This document shows positions 8,281 to 20,200 of a stretch of DNA of 58,105 bases, piece after piece (within the stretch, counting starts at the first letter, position 1; each line of letters starts with the position of its first letter). Location of the stretch: IMG/VR virus record IMGVR_UViG_3300037991_001062, positions 1-58,105 of that record; one strand, written 5' to 3'. The notes under the pieces were generated by a model. It was given only the letters and a program-made list of their open reading frames with translations. It had not been told where the DNA came from and ran no database searches. The translations under genes were made by a program, and so were the position numbers. The DNA is from a virus. Taxonomy: Duplodnaviria; Caudoviricetes.

Positions 8281-11200
8281 TTATCCTGTTTTACATTTGT
8301 CTGACAACTGTACAGAGTCGTTGTCCATATTAGCTTTCATAGCATCTTGCTCTTGCTTAGGCGTAGATTTGATGCTAGTTACAGTGCCTTTGAATTTGAT
8401 AGACAGGCCATCATTACTGATAGATTCTATAGTTCTTATCTTAGCATTAGTTCTTAGTGAGTCTCCTGCTAGTTTTACTATCATCTTGTCTCCCGGTTTG
8501 AGCGCTTGATTACCATCTTGATCTAATATTGGTTTTGACAAAGTTAAGTCTTTTTGTGAAAGTACATCTACAGTTCTTGTAACATATTGAGGATTAAAAT
8601 AATCTTTCTTATTGTACGTGTATGTAGTCTTAGCTTCTAGAATATCATTTGGTACAGTAAATGCAGATACCTGTGAGCTAGCTCTACCAACCTGCTGGTA
8701 TAATGTCTTAGTTACATTACCATCTATGTCGGCAACTTCATGTACTTTAGTGTACAATACACCTATATTATTATTCATTAAGTATTGTGCATGTCCTCCT
8801 CCAGGCACGGCGTAGTCAGTTACTATACCATTCTCTATAGTTGTACCATAAATACTATTGTTTCTTGTCAATGCTTTTATAAAGTTATCACTTTCATCTT
8901 TACCTAGTCTATAGTGATCTCTTACTCTAGTAGGATTATTTAAGTTATACTGTAACTCGAAGTGGTCCTTTACATTATCTAGTATGTCTAGAGATGATTG
9001 TTTTTGTAGTGACTCTCCTGTAGCAAATAATCTACTAAGCAATGCTTCTCTTTTCTTGCTTACATCTGTAAGAACGTTAGGCGGTAGTAGCAGTGTTATG
9101 TTACCCGGTGCAAACTCTAACCCTTCATTTACTATAGCATACTTAACTATCATGTCTTGATCCTCTTGATCTAACTTGTTAAAGCTATTATGTATATCAA
9201 TCATCTCATCCTGAGTAGGCGCTTTTGTATCAGCTGCTTTTATATACTTGTTACCAAATCTATCTTTCTCAGTTAGTATGTTAGATAAGAATGGATGAAC
9301 ATCTCCTAGTCTATCACCGCTATTATTTGTAGCATCCTGCATTTCTTTTACACGGATAGTTGCATTGTGTACAAACGCTCTGTTACCACGTAGCTTAAAC
9401 GAACCTGAATCAGTCTTAATAGTTACAGGCTTTTCATTGCTTGTATCTTCTAGTGAACTAGTTAGGTATCTAAGTATCTGAGATCTAAACTCTACTTGTA
9501 CTTGATTCTTATTCTCTAGGTCAGATCTATTTATATCACCACTAAAGCTATCCGCATATGCTGCTACTCTAGGACTAGCTAAGTGGAATACAGAAGACAT
9601 TGCACCACTTAAGAAGTTAAGTGCTACAAACGCCTGTGCTATGTGTGGATGTTTTAGTAGTATAGTACTGTTTAAGTTTCTATCTACATTAGAGTATGTA
9701 CCATCTTCATTCTGTTGGAACAACTCTCCCCACTGTTCTATCTTACCCTCTAGACTAGCTAGATCATTAGGCATTGCTTGTATAATACTTAGTGCATTAC
9801 TAACTTTTATAAGTTGTGACTGTGCTGACTTAAGATTTTTTAAGAAGTCTATAACCACTATCTGCTCAGTCAATTGGTCTTTTGTATAATTGTCAAAATC
9901 TTCTACTCTATCTTCAAACCTAGATATACCGCCCTCTAACTCTGTAGTATTGAGGCCTTGGTCTCTTGCCGCATCTATTATAGCAGCAACCTCTTCAGTT
10001 GCCATATCTAATCTATCTATCAGACTATCTTGGATGACGCCTAAGTTACCATCAAATGATCCTTCCATCTCAAACGCAGCTCTAATAGCAGGCTGACCAA
10101 CAACAGCTGCCGCAGTATTTAGTGGAACACCCTGAGCTAACATTAGCGCCATGTATCCAGCCGTGTTATTATTTAGGTTAAGTATGTTTAGTATCTGTTC
10201 GTTAGCATTATCAATTGCGGCATTGACTAAACCATCAAGTGCAACAAAGATAGCATTACCCTCTGTATCTATTCTTTGGAAGTCGCTGTACTCTTTGTTA
10301 TCTATCTTGTATGTTACCTTCTTAGCCTCTTGAGTATTGTCATCTCTTGTTATTACAGATGCTCCTTCTCTAGCGTCCTTATCATTTAGGTTATCGCCCA
10401 TTAAGTATGATATAGCTTTCATAGAGTTGGCAAATATACCCGTAAGCTTAGCACCTTGTTGATTACTTTGGTGCATGTACATCTCATCAAATGGATCAGA
10501 TAGATCCTTGCCTTCATAGAACCCACTATTCTTATAGTTCTTAGCGTTACTTGGAACTGATATTTTAGCATTCTTAGCATACATATCAAACACAGAGTTT
10601 ACATCTTTACCATTCAACACTTTAAGATTGATAGGTGTAAGCATAGACTCTCTGTTCTTATCAGCTGTTATAACATCTAAGTATATCTCAAGCATTCTAT
10701 TTTTTATAGCCGCTTCTCTTACATTGTTTAGTATAGCTATCTCTTTAGTAAGTCTCTTATCTAAGTCTTTGTTTATCTCAGATTGATTTCTAACCGCTGA
10801 CCTTTCCGCAACAGCTTGATCTATCACGTCTTCCATATTATTGATGTAGTTAGATGGATTTAGTAATGCATCTTGTACATCTATTCTAACGTCTACACCT
10901 TCAGCTGTAAAGATTCTTCTACCGCCTTTATCTCTATCAAAGATTGTAGCACGTCGTATGATAAACAATGAGTCAATATCAAAGTCACTACCATGTAGTG
11001 GTGATAACTCTTTTGGTGCTATCAAAGTACTAGTACCGGCCTCATTGCTGAACCCTACAACTCTCAATGGAATAGCGGAGTGTAGTTCTGTAGATGGTAT
11101 ACGGAAGCCCATACCGTATTTGTTAAAGAAGTCGTCTCCTATTTGGAACTGCCCTTTCAATGCTTCTGGTAGTATAACCTCAGCATAGTTATTGTTACCA

Positions 11201-14200
11201 TACATATGGCGTAGCGGTCTTTCGCTCCAGCTGTCATCAACTGTGATACCTTGAGCCTCTAACTCAGATCGTGTACCAACTAAATCTCCTTTCTCAAATA
11301 CTGTTACGCCCAAGTCTGACATAAGCGCTAGCTTCTGACCGGGGAACTTAGGTTTGATTACAGACTTCTCAAAGTTTGAACTTAGTAAGCTGATAGACTT
11401 AGCTACTATTGCAGGGAAGTTTACATCAATATCTCCTTCAGCTAACATTGCAGCTTCACGTAAAGAGTTCTCTCTCTTAGCTGCAGACTTAGCTAGTGTT
11501 TTCTGTATTGTATTCTTAAGTTTTTGTCTTTCTCCTCTAGAGTATTCTCTATTATTAGACTTTATGCCAAGCTCTCTGTATACTTTATCTAATCCTATTC
11601 TTTGTAGTTGTGCAAATAGACTGTAGTACTCTACTGACTCAGCTTTGTTTTTACCGTTAGAGTTTATAAAGTATCCTAGCTGTGTAGGGTTACTTACAAA
11701 TGTATCTATATCAGCTTCAGGATCTAACTGTATTCTAAAGTTGTTACTATCCATCTCGATTATAGATTGTTTAGCTATACGGAAGTTAGTCTCACCAGTC
11801 TCAAAGTTGTATCCTGTTTTAGATTGTACCTTTGGATTACCATTCTTTATAGCTGTATCCATAATAAACTCACCAACCTTAGCTCTTTCCATCTTAGTTC
11901 TAAGGTCCTTAAGTGCAGGGAATCTATTTACTAAGTCATCTGTTAGCACTACAGAAGAGTACTTAACTGCTACCGCATTACCATCTGCATGCACTCCATA
12001 GTATACAGGCTTTAAAACGTTACCTATATTAAGACCATTACCAAATCCTTTACGTATATCAGCTCTTCTACTTGGTAACATATATCCTTGAGCATCCGCT
12101 ATATCAAACTCTACGCCCATGATAGCTAGTTGATCCTTGAAAGCTTGTTTCTCAGCATTACTCATGTACTCAAAAGGATTGGCCTTTGGATCTTCTGATA
12201 CAGCAATGTTATACTTCTTAGGCATACCATACTTATCATTAACAAGTCCTCTGTATCCAGGTGCGTGAGCAACCTTTGCACGCTTAATAACTTTAAATGA
12301 ATCCTTAAGTGATGATGTATCACCCATTATAACTTGATTAGCAAAGAATGAGTTTACTGCATAGTTATACATAAATGCTTCATTGGCATTTTTAAATCCT
12401 AGATCCTGCTCTTTTAACATAGCATCCGCACTTCTTAAGGCTGTGTATTGAGGACCTATATTATTATCAGTTAGGAACTTACTAAGCTTTTCTATTCTTT
12501 CGCCTATTTTTTTCTCAGCTGCTTTAGCAAAAGAACTTGCGCTAGCTGCACTGTTAAACTCTTCTGTAAATACTAGCGGTGTTACTTCTTTAGCTTTAGA
12601 TTGTGTATAGATTGCTGCCAATGCTTTTCTTACAGCATTTTTACTAAGCACAGGAACTCTAACATTTCTTACGTTCTTAGTATCCGCCACAGTGTGTAGC
12701 TGTTGTATATACGATAGACCTTCAGATTCTTTTTGCATAGCTGTAGCAAACTGATAAACAAAGTTTCTCTCAAACCACTGCGATGGTTTTTCAAGGTTCA
12801 TAGTAGTAGGTGACTTTCTACCTTTTCTATCTGCATATGCATCATGATCAGCTATGTCTATAATCTTAGATGTGCCATTGGTAAATATATTATACTTGTA
12901 TAGTTTAGACCAGATTGGATCGTTGTTCTCTATGTGTACATCTTTTACAGGACCTTTACCTGCAAGCCCTAAGAGTGAGTCTATAGCAAATGAACTGTTG
13001 TGAAAAGTGTATACTGTCTTACCTTCAGCTGTTCTAATACTACCAGCCTTTTGATTTTGATCTATGTTGATAAGCGCTGAGCTCAGTGTCTTAATAAATC
13101 CTGCACTATCTTCTAATGCATCTTCAGGTGTTGCAGCCACAGTTACAGGCTGGCCTTTAACTTCACCTTTTGCTTTATTATTTCTTTTGTATACTACCGG
13201 GTTACCAAACTCATCTACTTGTTTCTTTCTCTTGTTAGTAGCTGCATAGACTTTACCTAGTACTTCAGATAATGCTGTCTTGACTTGATCCAGGTTTGAC
13301 TTATCAAAGCCTACTCTATCTTTTGGTACATATATACCTACAGCATCTAACATAGTAAAGTATGCTAGTTCTACTTTATTCTGTTTTAGTAAGCTGTCAA
13401 TAGCTCTTCTTTTCTTAAGCAGCTTCTTGTAGTTATCAAAGATTCTATCTTTTATATTAGCTTCGTTAGCAGCTTTAGATCCAAACTCTTTGTGCTGATA
13501 GTATCTAGTTTTAACTTGTCTTTCAGTTACACCAGATACAGGGTCAGCAACTGTGTCAATTGAGTAGTCACCCATGTGGAATCTTTCCTTACGCAGGCTA
13601 GCAGTATTAACATATAAGTTCTTAAATACATTTAGATTATAGAATTTCTTATACATAGGTTTAGCAGTCTCTACTTCTAGGCCAGACTCTCTAAGCGCTC
13701 TACCCACAAAAGATGCGGATGATTCCTTCTTATCTCTTCTTATAACTTTAGTACTATCATCTAACACATCGTTATCTACATCTATAAGAGATACATCTTT
13801 AGTTGGATGATATACAAATACTTCTTGATTGTTCTTAGTAACGTCAAACTTACTATTGTTAGGGAATGTCACACTAGATAGTACACCTTGACTATCTGTT
13901 ATATTTATCTCATTAGCTAATGATGTTTCTACTAGTCCTTTGATAGCTTGTATTATAGCACTACCAGGGCTACCAGGCTTATGACTCAACTCCTTTTCTC
14001 TAGATGCTATCTCTCTAAGCATTGCATCTGTATCTAGGCTAGAGTCTAATCCTGACAAGAGTTGCAGCGCCGTAAAATACGCATAATTGTACGACACTGT
14101 CTCCTTAGTCCCGTCAGCTTTTGTATAAGTTATATTGTTTAAAAAGTCTCTAACCTCTGATGAAAGATTATTTTTGTGATTTATTTCAGATGCATCTATT

Positions 14201-17200
14201 ATTTGATCCTGCATACTTTCAGCTTCTTTAGATTCAAGCTCAAACTCTGCAGCTTTCTGATTGTATAATTCTTTGTATAATCTATCAGCTGTTCTACCTG
14301 AAGTTAACTTATCAAGCGCAACCTTTAGTACTACCTGTTCTTCAGTTGGGTTCTTTATGTTTGCATACTTAGACTTTAGTGCTGGTAGAACTTGATCTTT
14401 AACATATGCAAACCTTTCATCTCTGTTAAAGAATACATTACTAACGTTACCTGCCTCATCGACTGTAGATGTCTGATCAGTCTTTGCTAGCAACGATCCA
14501 AGGCTTCTAACAAGTAAGTGTTTAGACGCTCTATACACATCAGTGTTGCCATACTCTTTATTTATATCTATAAAGTGTTTTGCATCAGAGTCAAGCGGCT
14601 CACCCTTGAAGCCGGTAAAGTATCCATTCTCTACATTGTCAAAGAACTTCTTAACGTTATTAGCATCTTTACTTATAATGTTGAAGAATCTAAGTACTTT
14701 CTTAAAGAACGCAGCTACCTTTTGAGTAAATGACTGAGGTGCTTGCTCGTATGTCATGAACTTGTCTGCTAAGAACTCTTCTACCTGTAGATCATTCATG
14801 TCTCTAGCTTCAGAGTACTGTTCTCTAGCAGCATTCAATAATGCTTTTCTTTCTGCTGCAGTTAGGAAGTAGGAAAATATCTTATGAAAAGTCTCGTGTC
14901 TAACTATGTTTTTATAGATACCACCCCTATCTTCTTTTATAAACATCATGTTGTCCATAAATACTCCAAGCGCTCCAGGCTTTTCAGTTAGCCTAAGCAT
15001 GTCTGCACCATTTATAAACGATATGTATCCTGTCTTGAGTGTTCCATCCTTCCTAAATGCATCAGGTAATATTCTTCTTAACTCTTTAAGAGCTTCAGGT
15101 TTTGTTACTAGTTTACCTTTCTTATCTGAGTAACCATCTTTATCTTCAAATAGTTTGAAGTCTCCTACTATATCATCTAAGTCAGACTCGTCTAGTTTTA
15201 AGCTGTCATCAACCGGATCAGCCTGTATATCTTCTTGAGTTTCTACAGGAGCTTGTTCTACTATCTCTCCTCTAGATAAGAATATTTGTGTTCTGTATAT
15301 CTCATCTGTAGGATCTTGCAGATGCATATCAATATACTGCTGCACCGCTTTACTAGAAAGTGATTGCTTTTTATTATCTTTTGGTAAGATTAGTGGTACA
15401 TATAATACTTGATTAACTCCATCTACATCTGTAAACAATGATTGTAGTTTTTGTATATTATAGAATAGGTACTCTAAGCCTGCATGCTTTTGTGGATCAG
15501 GCACCGCCATAAGTCCTCTAGCCTTATGTCCGGCCTTAACTATGTTGCCTGAATTATCTTTTATTTTATTTACTACCCTAAATCCATCAAACCCTGGACG
15601 TTTGTTGTTGGCTCTAGCTAGCTTATTCATTACGGACTGTGCTAGTCCTGGACCAGAAGTAATCATAGCTAGTCTACCATTCTCATCTCTTAGTAATGCA
15701 CCTGTCTCATCTCTTAGAACCTCAGCATACACACCACCTAGCATTGCATCTATACGCTCCATCTCTACTTGTGGTACGCCTAGTCTACCTACCTCTTCCA
15801 TTCTTTGTTGTAGAGACTCCATGTTCATGCCATATATAAAGTTTCTAAACTCAGGGGTTCCGTATGTGTATCCTATAATTCTTTCTACCTCTTGTACATT
15901 CTTTATAAACTCTTCTATTGGTTGGTAGTAGTTTCTAAAATCATCACGATTACTTCTGCGTAATTTTCTAGGTACAAGAGGAATCATTTGTATTCTATTC
16001 TTGTTGCCTTGTGTATTATCTATACCTTCTATTATTATGTAAGGTACACCCTTCTTAATCTCAAATCCTTCACCTATTCTAGATTGGTAAGATCGTACTT
16101 CTCTATTAGTCTTAAATATCTTGAAGCTAGATTTACGTTTTATGTCTTTCTCCGACGGCTTCTGCTTAGAGTCGTTGTAAAAGCTAGTAACAAACTTAGT
16201 TAGTAACTTATCTACAACTCCTCTCTTAATAGATACTCCCTCCTCATTAGAGTACTTTGTATTTTTATCTACTGAGTCTACGTCAGCTCTTTTCTTATAC
16301 TTATATGTAAGTCTTCTTATACCTCCTTGTGGTACTATAAGACCTGGTAACACGTTGTTAGCTGCTAAGTTTATATCTTTTATAAAGATACTCTTATCTC
16401 CAGGTATACCTGCCGATGTAAGAAGCGGTGCTTTACCACTATTTATTCTATCTTGTATTGCAGCTTTCTCTGCAGGTTTTATCCATGTTGCTTTTGCAAT
16501 ATCATTCTCACCAAACACCGCTAGTCTTCTAAACGCTCCAGGTATTGCGTTACCTTCTGCGTCAACTGCAGGCTGATAGATGACTAAACCTACCTTATCA
16601 CCTACCTTAGATACAACAGCAAATGCAGGCTGATTGTCTTGTGCCGGAGCTACTGTATAGGTTTGACCATTTATAATTACATCTGTTGTTTCAGAGGTAG
16701 CTGTAAACTCAGGAAAGTCTACTGATATAGCCTCAGAGTCTGTAACTTCTTCTACAGTGTCTTCTTCATAGTATTCATCTACAGGTGGAGTAGGATGTTG
16801 TGCTTCATTACCCTGATCATCTATTGGGTCCATGTTGGTATTTATCTCTTCTTCAACTCCACTATCATCTGCAATATCCTCCTGCTCTTCTATATCAACC
16901 TCTTGATTTTCTTCTAATTCTTTAGTCTTTTCTTTGGCTTGATCAGATACAGATAATGATGGTAGCTCTTTTATAAAGTCATAGTTATCTTGTACTTCTC
17001 TTAAGAACTCTACATCTCTTTCACGTATCTCAGAAGCAAGACCACTAGATATTTTATCTAAGTTTTCATCTACAGTATTCTCTATGTTTAGATTACCCGC
17101 AACAACTAAGTCAGACGCACGAGACGATGCTGTGTATAATGCATCATTGATTTGACTAGGCGACAGTTCATCACCGTTCATGTCTAAACCTTTAATATCC

Positions 17201-20200
17201 ATATAGACCTCAGTAATTGTTTGGCCTTGAGCTTCTATATAAGATAGTACTTCAACATGGTTAAATCCATTACCCTCTACAAAAGCTCTGTAATCTTCTA
17301 CTCTTGTTGGATCTGTAATAATTACTCTTCTCTTACCATCATTAGATTCTTTAGTCTTCTCTAATCTTTCTTTAATTCCTTCTTTAAAATTACCAGACAC
17401 ACCATATACACCTTTTATCGGATTAGTATTCTCATTGAACGTACCGATATTAAGATTAGTAACTTTTGTTACAATAGGAGTATTTTCTATAGGAGTTAGC
17501 CTTCTTCTAAATATGTTTTGGAAATCTACTAATGCAGGTATATCACTTCTATATACTGTAGATACAGGTGTAATAAATGTTTTTACTCTAGAAGATATAT
17601 TATTAAGTTGTAAAGCATCTATTCTCTCTGTAGTTATTTGACCAGGATCACCTAGCATAATAACTTTTAGTAGTGGTAGCTCTTGTTGTTTACGCTCTCT
17701 ATTAATATTTACTACAGCTTCATTCACATCTGACATTTGCTCATCACTAAAACCAAAAGCCTCGTCTATTATTAATAAGTTAGTAGTGGCAGGAAAGCCT
17801 TGTTCAGAATTAACTATTTGTAAAAAGTTTTCTACTGTATTATTATCTGTCTTTAGTGCGTCACTTAGTGTTTTTGAAGAACTAGCATTGTGTCCCATAG
17901 TAAATACACTACCCGTACCTAATCCTGACAATGTCATTGCCAGTTGTAATACTACCTTCGTCTTACCCGTACCAGCTGCACCTTGTAACACAGCAGTAAA
18001 ATCTCCTATGTTTGCATCAGCAGGTATCGTGTTAGCTTCAGGTAGCCCTAGATATAATAGTATCTCTCGCGCAGCATTCAACTGTTGTTTAGTTGGTTTT
18101 AGTGGGGCAGTTTGCGGATTATCTGCAATAAACTTTTCCGAATGTACTACGTCTATTGGAGTTGTTTCAGAGTCTAATATTAATTCTAGGTATGTTAGTT
18201 TACGTAAATCTAATTGATTAGTTAATAGCTTTACTAAGTCTTCTTTTTGTATACGTGTAACACCATCAGACTTTTCTATACTTAAGTTAGGTATAGCCGC
18301 TGAGGGAAGTTGTACATCAGCAGGTCTCTCAGAAGCTATTACATCTTCTAAATACTTAGATAAATTTTTGTGATCTTCATATCTAAATGTAGGAGAAGTT
18401 TGAGTTACTATATCAAAAGCATCATCTATGTTAGGTAATTGATACGTATCAAAGGTAGTCTCAGGATTATCTAGATACTCTGATCTATACTCTATAGAAG
18501 AATCTTTTGCATCTTCTTTTATTTTATTCTTTATAGATGTTTTAGTTTCTTTTAGTGTGTCTTGAAACTTAGTCTTGAATACTTGATCTTCTTGTAACCT
18601 AGTCTTAACTAAGTTTACCATAAGCATTGCAGCCATGGTTTTATCAGTAAGCTTCACATCCGGTCCTATAACAGCTTCTTTAATCTTGTTAAACTCTTTA
18701 GGATCTATAATACTTTTTGTAAGCTCAGCTATCTGCGCAAATGGACCTTCTTTGAAGAACTCAAAGTTAGAGTCAATACCTATACTGTTAAGTAAGTTTT
18801 CTGTTATTTGATTTTCAAACTCTGTTTGTGACGCTACTCTGCTAGCATTGTTTTCAGCTACAACTTGTGATAAATCAACTACTTCTCCATACAATGTTTC
18901 TAGAGTCTGTGCAATGTCTGAGAACAATTCATTACCGGTCTCAGCTGCACGTCTTTCAAATATTCTAGATCTACCTTCTATTTGTTCTAGTATAGATCTT
19001 ACATAATTTACATCAGCATAGTCAGGGTTAAGTTCTAGTTGAGCTCTTAAATAATTAGTGGCTCCAATCAAGTCATTGATAGCTGTATCTACTATAACCT
19101 CATCAGTGCTTTTTACTCTAAAATTATTATCATCTAGTAGAAAACTTTCTACTCCTCTGTTTAATATCTTCTGTCCTGCATCAGCTATACCATTTAGATT
19201 CTCTAGCTGCGAATCAAAATCATTATTCTGTTTCTGTAGCTCATTTATCTTATCTTGAGTCACAGCTCTTTCTCTTAGCTGTGCTAAGTCATTCTTTTGC
19301 GCAGGAGATAAGTTAGCCTCATCCTTTGTATATATCTCTAATGAATTTTGTTCTGTCTTACTTAGAGGAGTAAATGCTGTAAAGCCTCCAGCTGTAGGAT
19401 CAAAGTCTTTATCATTACCTGATATATCTTTAGAACCATTGAGTATACCTTCTATAAGAGCTGCATTCTCATCTTTCCTTTCTTGTATATCATTTCTTTC
19501 TTTTATAGCTCTATCAGCCTCAGACATAACAGTCTCAAGAGTTTCCTGATCTAACTGCATGCCCTTCTCTGCAATAGAGTTTAGTATAGAAGCAAGATGT
19601 TTCTTAGGATCTTTACCCATAAGAGCTATAGTCTGTCCAATAAACTGTAACATTGTAGCTCTACGAATGTTTGACTCATTGTAGTTCTTACTAATATTAT
19701 TGTATTCTACACCTGATGTCCATAGTATTTTTGCTAACTCAGTCTGTATATCTCTAAACTCTGCACGTTGTGCTTCAGTTAATTCTTTAGTCTCTCCTAG
19801 CTCCTTTGCTCTTTTCTGTAAGTCTGCATACTTCCTAAACTCTTGCATAGACATATACCCACCCATGTTACTGTAAACAAAATCACCAGTAGCTATATTC
19901 TTATTATCCGTTTTAAGCCTATTTAGCTCGTTTTTAAGCTCTTCTATCTGTACGTCAAAGGGAGTAGCTCTAATCCCTCTAGATTCTAGCTTAGATTGCA
20001 CGTCAGCCTTTTCTTCTCTTGATAGATCATCTAGTCCAAACATACTATTTAAACTAGATTCTTTACCGTTAGCAAACTCTAGCTGTTCTACTTCAAGATC
20101 CTTAAGCTGTTGCTCTTTATCTACAATCTCCATAGCATTTAAGAATGCCATCTTTTTATTTCTATCAAAAGCATTTGTACCAGCCTCATCTCTACCTATA